64,000 nucleotides of DNA from an uncultured delta proteobacterium (lineage in GTDB: Bacteria; Myxococcota_A; Polyangia; Palsa-1104): the NCBI GenBank assembly GCA_963785725.1, contig CAWAWS010000020.1:64001-128000 (forward strand), read 5' to 3'. Positions 28,427 to 37,082 of this stretch are shown in pieces. The notes beneath the pieces were generated by a model. It was not told the origin of the DNA. It did no database searches and worked only from the letters and a program-made list of their open reading frames with translations. The first letter of the stretch is position 1. Every line of letters begins with the position of its first letter. The position numbers were made by a program, and so were the translations under genes.

Positions 28427-29485
28427 ATGTCCTACGTGATGCGAATGCTTCCGCTGCTCGATGACCATCGGCTCTTGTCGCGGCTGGCGCTGCTCTTCGC
28501 AGGCGCGAGCGCGCTCGGCGGCTGTCTCAAGATCGATCCCACCGACGGCGTGCTCTTGTGCGGCGCGGCGCCCAACATCTGCCCATCGGGATATACGTGC
28601 GCGGCCGACCAGCACTGCTGGAAGTCGCCACCCGTCGGCGGCGGCGATTTGAGCGGCGTCACCTTCGATCTGTCGCCGGACACGCGCGATCTGTCGGCGG
28701 CGCCGGGCGATGATCTCTCGGCGCCGACGGGATCGACGGACATGGCGATGACGGTGAATCCGCCGGTCGTCGACATGGCGATGACGAAGCCGAGCCCCGA
28801 CTTGGCGACGACGCCGCCGGACATGACGGTGGTCTTCAACTATTGCCCGGCGGGGACGATCTTCTGCGACGACTTCGAGAATGACACCATCGCCATCAAC
28901 GCGGCGGGCGACTGGACCGACACGTTCGTGATGCCGGCCAACGGCGGACAGACGCTGGCGACGGGCACGGCGCAGAAGCACGACGGCACGCACGCGCTGC
29001 ACGCGGCCGCCAACAACACCGGCGCCGACTCGTGGTCGACGATCGAGTACAAGCTGACGACGCCGCAGTCGTCGCTGGCGATGCGCATGTTCGTCTACCC
29101 GGCCGCGAACCTCAACAATCGCGGCGAAGTGATGCGCATCTTCAGTGTCGCCGACACGACGTCCAACGGCTATCAGGTCGGCGGCGCGGCCGACGGCAAG
29201 TGGTTCATCTCCGACAGCCTCGGCGGCTCGGCCGATCACGAGTCGTCGGTGTCGGTGGCGACGGGCGCGTGGACGTGCCTCGAGCTCGTCGTGCCGGCCA
29301 CGGGCAACGTGTCGCTCTACATCAACGGCGCGGCGACGCCGGCGATCAACTTCGCGCCGCTCAAGCACGAGCCGTATGACACGATCCACTCCGGCGTCGA
29401 GTGGGCGCCGCAAGGCATTCCCGTCGACGTCTGGATCGACGAGGTCGCGCTCAACACGAGCCGCCTGCCCTGCCCGACCAACTGA
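28427..29485 (+). CDS. Lipoprotein: Cys module, DLS/DMA linker, ConA/LamG-like beta-sandwich
   Basis: Lipobox ALGGC; IFCDDFE..GAWTCLEL..LYING..VWIDEVAL; divergent from the kinase across an AT-rich gap. Confidence 0.85.
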   Translation: MSYVMRMLPLLDDHRLLSRLALLFAGASALGGCLKIDPTDGVLLCGAAPNICPSGYTCAADQHCWKSPPVGGGDLSGVTFDLSPDTRDLSAAPGDDLSAPTGSTDMAMTVNPPVVDMAMTKPSPDLATTPPDMTVVFNYCPAGTIFCDDFENDTIAINAAGDWTDTFVMPANGGQTLATGTAQKHDGTHALHAAANNTGADSWSTIEYKLTTPQSSLAMRMFVYPAANLNNRGEVMRIFSVADTTSNGYQVGGAADGKWFISDSLGGSADHESSVSVATGAWTCLELVVPATGNVSLYINGAATPAINFAPLKHEPYDTIHSGVEWAPQGIPVDVWIDEVALNTSRLPCPTN

Positions 29486-29661
29486 CCTGACGTTCGTTTC
29501 CGTCGTCTCCTCCGCGAGACAGACCGCGCGATCCTGCTAACGACAGCCGCTGCATTGGCCGGCGAGTGCGAACATTCGTGGGCGGCTGTGGTTGCGCTCA
29601 CAGCGCCGGGCTCGAAAATCGTCTACAGCGACTGAGGGCGACGTCGTCGTCGGAGGCTCGC

Positions 29662-31908
29662 ATGTCCTGGCTGCTCATCTTCGCGCTCTCGCTGGCACCG
29701 GCGCTTTATCCGGAAGGCCAAGATCCGTTCGCGTTTCCACCAGCGCAAAACGTCGTCTACGAGCATGTGTTCGAGCTCATGGAGAAGGGCGATCTGACGA
29801 CGGCGCAGTCGCTGGCCGAGCAGCTCTCGACGGCAGTCCCGAAGAATCCGCGCGTGTGGAATGCGCTCGGCTTGATCGCGGCGCAGACGGGTAAGAACGA
29901 CGAAGCCTACCGCGCGTTCACCAAGGCGCTCGAGCTCGGCATCGACGCCAAGCGCAAGCCTTCGGTGTTGGCGGTGCGCAGCCGCGTGCTCATGAACCTC
30001 GATCGCAAGGTCGAGGCCGAGACCGACGCGCGGCAAGCGCTGGCGCTCGACCCGAAGCAGGCGATGGCGCTCATGACCGTCGCCACGCTCGAGCTCCAGC
30101 GCGACGATCACGAGGTCGCGCAACGTCACTTGGAGAGCGCGGTCGCGGCCGAGCCGACGAATCCGCAGGCGCACCTTCTCTTGGCCGTGGCGTTCGCGCA
30201 AGCGGGCGCCAAAGATCGCGCGCTGCAGGAGCTGGCCACGGTGCGTGCGCTCGGCGTGCACGACGAAACGATCGACAAGATGGAGGCGGAGCTGAAAGGG
30301 CCGTCCTATTTGACGTTGGCGTGGCAAGTGCCGCTGGGCGCGGCGCTGTTCTTGGCGGTGGCGCTGCTCGGCTTCTTCATCGTCGGCTCGCTGTTGTCGC
30401 GCGCGGAGATCGGCCGCCTCGCCGACGTCGACGTGCACCTCTTACGCAACGAGCAGAAGACGGGCGAGTGGATCGTGGAGCGACTCTACGATCTCGTGAT
30501 GTGGGCGGGCACGCTGCTCTTCTACGTCTCGGTGCCGCTCATGATCATCCTGACGCTGGCGGTGGGCGCGGGCCTCTTGTTCATCATCTTTCAGCTGCCG
30601 CGCATTCCGGTGCAGCTCATCGTCATCGCGGTGGTGGCGGCGTTCGGCGGCGCCTGGTCGATCGTGCGCGGCCTGTTCCTGACGTCGCGCAAAGAGGAGC
30701 CGGGCTGGCAGCTGACCGCGGCCGACCATCCGCGGCTGTTCGCGGCGCTGCGCGAGGTGTCGGACGTGGCGCACTCGCGCATGGTCGATCGGGTCCAGCT
30801 CGAGGGCGACTCCAACATCGGCGTGCGTGAGGCCGGCGGCACGTTGCGCGTGCTGCTCGGTCGCGGCGAGCGCGTGCTCATGCTCGGCTACGGCGCGCTG
30901 CGCGGCCTCACCGTGAGCGAGCTGAAGTCGATTCTGGCGCACGAATACGGCCATTTCGCGCACGGCGAGACGCGCCTCGGTCCCGTCGTCGGCCGCATGA
31001 TCGGCACGCTCGTCTCCATCCTGCAGCGCATGAGCGGCCTCGGCTACTCCGCGCTCGTCAACCCGGTCTATTGGTTCTTGCGCTTCTACTTCAAGGTCTA
31101 TTTGCGCGTCAGCGCCGGCCAATCGCGCCGTCGCGAGCTGCTGGCCGACCGGGCCGCGGCCATCGGCTACGGCGGCGACGCCTTCGGCCGCGCGCTCACC
31201 GGCGTCATCGCCAACGGCGAGCACTACGATCGCTTGGCCGGCGAGCTGACGCTGCTGTTGCGCGAGTCGGGCCGGCCCTGCCGCAACATCTATCGTTATC
31301 TCGACGAGGCGGCGGTGGCGTCGTCGGCCGAGCGGCGGCAAAAACGGGTGAGCGAGGTGCTCGATCGCGCGCTCGAGCAGTACGACTCGCATCCGCCGCC
31401 GAAGGAGCGCATCCAGCGCGTGGCCGGCATCCCGGCGCAGCGACCGGTGGAAGCGGAGCCGGCGGTCAGCCTGTTCAGCGACGAGGAAGCGGTGCAGGTC
31501 AAGCTGTCGGCGACGATGTCGCTGATGGTCGACGCGTTCATGGATGCACGCGGCATTCGCCGCGCGGCGCCGAAGCCCACCGAGCCCGACGAAGAGGCGG
31601 CGTTGGCGACGGCGCTGGCGCAGCATCAGGAGGCGCTGGAGGTCGCCGAGGCCGACGCGGCGGTGGGCGAGCCGCTCCTCGAGCAGTCGTTGGCGCGCTT
31701 GTCGGCGGTCGCCAGCCCGCACGATCGCTGCCTCATTCGCGCGTTCACGAAGGTCGCCAACGTGCGGACGCGGCGCGGCGACAAAGCGGGCGCGCAGTCG
31801 GCGTTCGAGCGCGCGCTGTCGATCATCGAGTCGGCGCCGGAGCCCGATCCGCGCGACCTCGCCGACATGCGCACGCTCGTCGAGCGCAGCCGCGCCGCCG
31901 CCGCCTAG
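29662..31908 (+). CDS. TPR-containing M48-family zinc metallopeptidase
   Basis: GGAGG RBS; N-terminal TPRs; TMs; LAHEYGHF, SRRRELLAD, SHPP..ERI. Confidence 0.9.
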   Translation: MSWLLIFALSLAPALYPEGQDPFAFPPAQNVVYEHVFELMEKGDLTTAQSLAEQLSTAVPKNPRVWNALGLIAAQTGKNDEAYRAFTKALELGIDAKRKPSVLAVRSRVLMNLDRKVEAETDARQALALDPKQAMALMTVATLELQRDDHEVAQRHLESAVAAEPTNPQAHLLLAVAFAQAGAKDRALQELATVRALGVHDETIDKMEAELKGPSYLTLAWQVPLGAALFLAVALLGFFIVGSLLSRAEIGRLADVDVHLLRNEQKTGEWIVERLYDLVMWAGTLLFYVSVPLMIILTLAVGAGLLFIIFQLPRIPVQLIVIAVVAAFGGAWSIVRGLFLTSRKEEPGWQLTAADHPRLFAALREVSDVAHSRMVDRVQLEGDSNIGVREAGGTLRVLLGRGERVLMLGYGALRGLTVSELKSILAHEYGHFAHGETRLGPVVGRMIGTLVSILQRMSGLGYSALVNPVYWFLRFYFKVYLRVSAGQSRRRELLADRAAAIGYGGDAFGRALTGVIANGEHYDRLAGELTLLLRESGRPCRNIYRYLDEAAVASSAERRQKRVSEVLDRALEQYDSHPPPKERIQRVAGIPAQRPVEAEPAVSLFSDEEAVQVKLSATMSLMVDAFMDARGIRRAAPKPTEPDEEAALATALAQHQEALEVAEADAAVGEPLLEQSLARLSAVASPHDRCLIRAFTKVANVRTRRGDKAGAQSAFERALSIIESAPEPDPRDLADMRTLVERSRAAAA

Positions 31909-31912
31909 CGGC

Positions 31913-33019
31913 TCACGGGCGCGTCGCCCAGGCGAGGCCGTCGGGCTCGCCGCCGACGTCGATCTTCCCGACAATCGTCCATGTTTTGGTGTCGATGACG
32001 GCGACATAATTGTCGCGCCCGCAGGCGACGAACACGCGCGCGCCGTCGGGCTGCATCTGAATGCCGGCGGCGCCGGAGATGCCGTCGAAGCGCTTGACGA
32101 CCTTGCGCGTGGCGGCGTCGAGCACGACGATAGCGGCAGCGCCGTGGCCGCTGACGACGACGTGCTTGCCGTCGGGGGTGAGCTTGAGCCGATTGGCGCC
32201 GGGGACGTTCGCGGCCAACGTGGCGACGACCTGCTTCGTGCGCAAGTCGATGATGGAGATGGTGCCGTCCTGCGCGTTGCCGACCCATAATTCCTGGCCG
32301 TTGGGTGTGACGTCGAAGCCTTCGGAGCCGCGCCCGACGGGCACGACCGTCTCCTCCCAGTCGCCGTCGGGTGCGCCCAGCGGCGGACCATTGGGCGGCG
32401 CTCCGGCCGCGTGGTCGCTGCCATGTGGCGGCGGCGGCCCGCCATTGGGCGGCGGCCCGAAGCCGCGGCGCTCGCGCTGGTCGATGATGCTGACCGTGGC
32501 CGAGCTGACGTTGGTGGTGATGACGCGCTTTTGATCGCTGGAGACGGCGATCATGTGCGTGCGGTCCTGGCCCGTGCCGAGGATCCAATCGACGACTTTG
32601 CGGCTCGGGTCGAAGCGGCCGACGGCTTTGGCGGCCTCGGCCGTGAACCACACTTTGCCGCCGACGAACGTCAGGCCGTGCGGCCCGCGCAGCGCGCCCA
32701 GTTCGACCGGCGCCAACGGCTTCTGCGCAACCAGATCGATGACGGCCAGCGAATGAAAGGCGCCCGAGCCATAATTCGAGACGTAGGCCAGCGCGCCGTC
32801 GGCGGCGGCGATGACCTCGTGCGGATCGTCGCCGACCGGCGCCTTGGCGACGACCTCGAGCGTCGTGGGATCGACGATCGCCAGCGTGTGATCGCGCTTC
32901 GACAGCGCCAACAGCGCGCTCTTGGGCGTGCGCTCGGCCAGCGCTCGGCCGCCGAACGGCAGCGCGGCGGCGACCACCACCGCGAGCCGCGCCAATCGGT
33001 CATTCCATCGCTGTTTCAC
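31913..33019 (-). CDS. YncE/YVTN beta-propeller protein
   Basis: Signal; DPHEV, GPHGL, RTHMI, GSEGFDVTPNG, EPDGLAW repeats. Confidence 0.88.
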   Translation of the reverse strand: MKQRWNDRLARLAVVVAAALPFGGRALAERTPKSALLALSKRDHTLAIVDPTTLEVVAKAPVGDDPHEVIAAADGALAYVSNYGSGAFHSLAVIDLVAQKPLAPVELGALRGPHGLTFVGGKVWFTAEAAKAVGRFDPSRKVVDWILGTGQDRTHMIAVSSDQKRVITTNVSSATVSIIDQRERRGFGPPPNGGPPPPHGSDHAAGAPPNGPPLGAPDGDWEETVVPVGRGSEGFDVTPNGQELWVGNAQDGTISIIDLRTKQVVATLAANVPGANRLKLTPDGKHVVVSGHGAAAIVVLDAATRKVVKRFDGISGAAGIQMQPDGARVFVACGRDNYVAVIDTKTWTIVGKIDVGGEPDGLAWATRP

Positions 33020-33104
33020 GGACCCTCCTCGTTGCGCGAAGCCTAACAGGTGTCGTGGCAGCCGCTGCGCAGCGAGGCACTTCTACACACTTCGCCGCTT
33101 CGTC

Positions 33105-33467
33105 TTAGGCTGCGAAATAGGCGAGCGCGAGGCCGATGGCGGCCGGCAGCGCCTGAAAAAGTAGGATCGAGCGCTTCGCCGTCAAGCCGCCGTAGAGGCC
33201 GGCGACGAGGACGCAGCCGAGCGCGAACAGCCGGAAGGCGTTGCCGAGCGGCTCGGGCAGCGCCACGCCCAACGCCAACGCCACGACGAGAAAGCCGTTG
33301 TACAGCCCCTGATTCTTCGCCAAGACCGCGCTCGATTCGGCCACCTCCGCGGTCGTGCCGAACACCCGGCGACCGATGGGATGCGTCCACAGCACCATCT
33401 CGAGAATGACCGTCCAAACATGCAAGAGCGCGATCAACCCAATGACGACCTTGAGAGCCAGCAGCAT
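33105..33467 (-). CDS. DUF1304 membrane protein
   Basis: AGGAG RBS; LH..LEMVLW, NQGLYNGFL, AGLYG, QALPA. Confidence 0.9.
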   Translation of the reverse strand: MLLALKVVIGLIALLHVWTVILEMVLWTHPIGRRVFGTTAEVAESSAVLAKNQGLYNGFLVVALALGVALPEPLGNAFRLFALGCVLVAGLYGGLTAKRSILLFQALPAAIGLALAYFAA

Positions 33468-33504
33468 CTTCGATTCTCCTATTTGCAGACCGTTATCGTA
33501 GCGT

Positions 33505-33526
33505 TTTCGGAATATACGTTCTGTAA
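33505..33526. promoter_or_regulatory. Putative TetR operator upstream of DUF1304
   Basis: Imperfect dyad TTTCGGAATATACGTTCTGTAA, sharing GTTACAGAACG with the site at 34138. Confidence 0.6.
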
Positions 33527-33540
33527 CTGCGCAAAAAATA

Positions 33541-34119
33541 TCAAATGAAGGAGACGAGCAGCGCACGCACGCCGTCGATGGCCGCCTTGTTCTGCTGCAG
33601 CTTCCACGCGGCGCGCGCGCCGTTGAGCGCGGCGATCAGCGTCTGCGCGATGGCGTGCGGCGCGCCGGCGACGGGCAGCTCGCCCGCGGCCTGCGCCTGC
33701 GCGATGGCGTCGGCGAACACCTTCTCGAGCGACGCCAAGCTGCGCTTGACGATCTTCTGCGCGCTCTCGGGGAGCTGCGTGTATTCGAACGCCGAGTTGA
33801 CGATCAAGCAGCCCCAGGCGCGACTGTCGCTGCGCACTTGCTCGAAGAGCGCGTCCAATAAGCGGCGCGCGCGCGCGCGCGGCGAGGGCTCCGACGCCGC
33901 CAGCTTGGCGATCTCGCCGCGCCACATCTGCACATAACGCTCGAGCGCCTTCAAGAACAGCGCCTCTTTGTCGCCAAAGGTGTTGTAGAGGCTCCAGCGA
34001 TTGAGGCTCATCGCGGTCAATAGGTCGTCGACGGACGTATTGACGTAACCTTTTTGCCAAAAGAGCTGCAGCGCGGCGTCGAGCGCGGTCTCTTCGTCGA
34101 ATTGGCGCGGGCGGGCCAC
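33541..34119 (-). CDS. TetR/AcrR-family regulator
   Basis: ARPRQFD..FWQKGY..TSVDDL..SLYNTFGDKEALF; GCLIVN. Confidence 0.93.
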   Translation of the reverse strand: MARPRQFDEETALDAALQLFWQKGYVNTSVDDLLTAMSLNRWSLYNTFGDKEALFLKALERYVQMWRGEIAKLAASEPSPRARARRLLDALFEQVRSDSRAWGCLIVNSAFEYTQLPESAQKIVKRSLASLEKVFADAIAQAQAAGELPVAGAPHAIAQTLIAALNGARAAWKLQQNKAAIDGVRALLVSFI

Positions 34120-34126
34120 GAGTCGC

Positions 34127-34159
34127 ACTCTAGCCGGTTACAGAACGACCGGTCAATAA
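34127..34159 (-). promoter_or_regulatory. tetR promoter overlapped by its operator
   Basis: TTGACC-N18-TAGAGT, 7 nt before GTG 34119; dyad TTACAGAACGACCGGTCAATAA at 34138-34159. Confidence 0.65.
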
Positions 34160-34436
34160 CTTATCCGTAAAGCGGCGGAACCCGACGAATCGGAGCGGGT
34201 GAAGCGGCGCGCGACGCCGCAATCGCTGCCGGCGAATACGACCGGCGAACACGAGGCGCCTTCCGTCGCCGCGCTCGGCGACGGCGTCGGCGGCGTGTTC
34301 GCCGCAGGACTGGCAGCCGAATGACCGGAACGGGCGGCCTTGGCGCGCGAGACGACGGTGGACGCCGGTGCTCGCAGCAGCCAGCGACGGCAGACGCGGC
34401 GGCTGCTCGCGTCCGCTCGCCGCCGCGCGCACCTCG

Positions 34437-34500
34437 CATTACGACTATTACGACTATTACGACTATTACGACTATTACGACTATTACGACGACGACGACG
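34437..34500. repeat. 9-bp tandem repeat YATTACGAC x6 followed by GAC x3
   Basis: Read directly; AT-rich unit in a GC-rich intergenic region. Confidence 0.95.
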
Positions 34501-34585
34501 GTCGCGCGGCCGGCGAAGTCGGCGCAACAGCGGCGTCGATTGCCGGAAGGACGCGCGGCCACGACGCGTAACATCGGGTGCGGCG

Positions 34586-34993
34586 ATGATGACGTTCAAC
34601 CTCGTAGTCATTTCCTGCTTCCTACTGCTCGGCCTCTGGGCGCGCCGGCATCGCGCCCGCCGCGACCGCGACCGCGTGCTCGAGCGCGTCGACGTCGACG
34701 ATCTCGGGGTGCGCCATACGCTGGTCGACGGCACCGTCGAAGCCGTGACCTGGGCCGAGCTCGTGCGCGTCGAAGCGGTCACGACCGACCAAGGACCCTA
34801 CGTCGAAGACCTGTACTTCCTCTTGTTTGCGCGCGACGGCCACGGCTGCGCCGTCCGCCAAGATCATTCGCAGGCGGTGTTGCCACGACTGCTGGACCTG
34901 CCCGGCTTCGACCACGCAGCGTTCGTGACCGCGTGCGGCTCGACCGAAAACGCCCGCTTCGTCTGCTGGGTCGCGCCCGAAACCACCGATTGA
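34586..34993 (+). CDS. Conserved hypothetical protein with N-terminal TM
   Basis: Coding-like GC3; VTWAEL..TTDQGPYVED..LPGFD..STENARFVCW. Confidence 0.75.
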   Translation: MMTFNLVVISCFLLLGLWARRHRARRDRDRVLERVDVDDLGVRHTLVDGTVEAVTWAELVRVEAVTTDQGPYVEDLYFLLFARDGHGCAVRQDHSQAVLPRLLDLPGFDHAAFVTACGSTENARFVCWVAPETTD

Positions 34994-35090
34994 GCGAGTC
35001 GGTCCGCGCAAGGTCGCTTACCCACGCCGCCGCCCGCGTCACGCGCGCGCGGCGCGAACGCGGCGCCGAGTCGCGTGTTATGGTCGCCGC

Positions 35091-36452
35091 GTGCGGCTGC
35101 TGACGACCCTTCACGCCTTCGTCTTCGTGCTCGCCGGCGGTTGCGCGGCGTCGCATGCCACTTGGGTGCCGGTGCGCGACGCGCCGGCGCTGGCCGCGGC
35201 CGTGCGCGCCGAGACGCAGCACGCGTGGGCCGCTTATCGTCGTCATGCCTGGGGTCACGACGAGCTACTGCCGCTCAGTCGCGCCGGCCGCGACTGGCAT
35301 AAGGGCTCGCTCCTGATGACACCGGTCGACGCGCTCGACACGCTGCTCATCATGCATCTCGATACCGAAGCGAACGAGGCGCGCGCGCTCATCGATAAAG
35401 AGCTGTCCTTCGATCAGGATATTTCGGTCAAGACATTCGAGATCACCATTCGCCTATTGGGCGGTCTCTTGTCGGCATATCAAATGACCGACGATCGGCG
35501 GCTGCTCGAGCTGGCCACCGATCTCGGCCGGCGCTTGGCGCCCGCGTTCAATTCGCCGACGGGAATGCCCTATACGAACGTCAATCTGCGCACGGGCGCC
35601 GTCAGCGGACCGCACTCGAACCCAGCCGAAATCGGCACGCTGATATTGGAATTCGGTACGCTCTCGCGGCTCACGCACGACCCACATTATTACGAGCTGG
35701 CCAAGCGAGCGCTGCGCGCCTTATGGCAGCGACGCTCGCCGATTGGGCTCGTCGGCGAGGAGATCGACGTCGAGAGCGGGCGCTGGATCAGTTCGATCGC
35801 GCACATCTCCGGCGGCATCGACTCTTATTACGAATATCTCGTCAAAGGCGCGCGCCTGTTCGACGACGCCGAGCTGGCGACGATGGCCAAGGAGATGTTG
35901 GCGGCCGTCAATCGCTATTTGGCCGACGAGACGCCGAGCGGCCTTTGGTATGGCTACGTCAATATGGATACTGGTAAGCGCACCGATACGCTCTATGGCG
36001 CGCTCGACGCGTTCTATCCGGCGGTGCTCGTGCTGGCCGGCGACGACGAGCGCGCGGCGCGGCTGCAGGCGTCGTCGTATCGCATGTGGCGCGTGGCCGG
36101 ATTGGAGCCCGAAGTATACGATTATCGCGCCGAGCGGATTACGGCGCCGGGTTATCAATTGCGGCCCGAGATCATCGAATCGGCTTATTACCTATATCAT
36201 CGAACGCGCGACCCGCAATATCGCGAAATGGGGCGTACGTTCTTGCGCGATATCGAGCGCTATTGCCGGACGGACGACGGATATGCCGCGATCAGCGACG
36301 TGCGCGACAAGTCCAAGCGCGATCGCATGGAGAGCTATTTCTTCGCCGAGACCCTGAAGTATCTTTATTTATTGTTCGCGCCCGATAAGGTATTGCCGCT
36401 CGCCGATGTCGTCTTCAATACCGAGGCGCATCCGTTACGCCGCGTGCGCTGA
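35091..36452 (+). CDS. GH47 class I alpha-1,2-mannosidase lipoprotein
   Basis: AWGHDEL.P, FEITIRLLGGLLSAY, AEIGTLILEF, DSYYEYL, LRPEIIES, ESYFFAETLKYLYLLF, FNTEAHP. Confidence 0.95.
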   Translation: MRLLTTLHAFVFVLAGGCAASHATWVPVRDAPALAAAVRAETQHAWAAYRRHAWGHDELLPLSRAGRDWHKGSLLMTPVDALDTLLIMHLDTEANEARALIDKELSFDQDISVKTFEITIRLLGGLLSAYQMTDDRRLLELATDLGRRLAPAFNSPTGMPYTNVNLRTGAVSGPHSNPAEIGTLILEFGTLSRLTHDPHYYELAKRALRALWQRRSPIGLVGEEIDVESGRWISSIAHISGGIDSYYEYLVKGARLFDDAELATMAKEMLAAVNRYLADETPSGLWYGYVNMDTGKRTDTLYGALDAFYPAVLVLAGDDERAARLQASSYRMWRVAGLEPEVYDYRAERITAPGYQLRPEIIESAYYLYHRTRDPQYREMGRTFLRDIERYCRTDDGYAAISDVRDKSKRDRMESYFFAETLKYLYLLFAPDKVLPLADVVFNTEAHPLRRVR

Positions 36453-36511
36453 GCATCACTCGCATTCGCAGCACAGACGGTCGCTCGAAAGTGGGAAATG
36501 ACGCGGCTTGG

Positions 36512-36757
36512 TCAGTCGTCGGACGTGACGATGCGGGCGATGGCGGTGAACGGGACCCATTGCGTGAACGTCTTGGCCGGGAACGGCGGCAGTCCCTTGC
36601 GGGGATTGCCGGGATCGGCCGGCCGCGTGTAGGTCACGGCGACGACGCCGTCTTGCGAGGACGTGACATTGCCTTTGACGTTGTCGCCGTTGATGAGGAA
36701 GATGGTGATAGTTTTATCACCAAAGCTGCTGAAGAGGTCCACGAGAGCCTTCGCCAT
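36512..36757 (-). CDS. Small Sm/Hfq-like protein, 81 aa
   Basis: AGGA RBS; ITIFLINGDNVKGNV (Sm1-like) and QWVPFTAIARI (Sm2-like). Confidence 0.6.
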   Translation of the reverse strand: MAKALVDLFSSFGDKTITIFLINGDNVKGNVTSSQDGVVAVTYTRPADPGNPRKGLPPFPAKTFTQWVPFTAIARIVTSDD

Positions 36758-37082
36758 GGCGCATCCTAGGCTGGCGCCCGTCGGTCTGGCAACTGCGCGA
36801 CGCGGGTGCGGCGCTGGCCGTTTTGGCGAGTTTTGGGATGTCGCGGTCGCCGTTCGAGTGAGCAAAGAACGGCCTCGAGACCCGAAGAGGAAGATCGCGC
36901 TCGCCCGTCCACCTCGAGTGCGAGACTGTCGAATCGCCGGCGTGCAGGCGCGAGGTTGTCCGGCAACAGCTGTCGCGCCGAGTCATCGACCGCTCCTTCG
37001 CCCGGTGCCAGGATATTGGCCTCGAGAAGGTGCTGCATGTCCGAGCAGGCGAGCGTCTGCCGCCACGCTACCCGGCAAGTCC

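Noticed and set aside
34200..34330. Possible relic reading NTTGEHEAPSVAALGDG
   Set aside because: Too short and degenerate to assign
34368..34571. YYD-repeat peptide as a RiPP precursor
   Set aside because: Explained by the 9-bp microsatellite; no clear RBS and no modifying enzymes nearby
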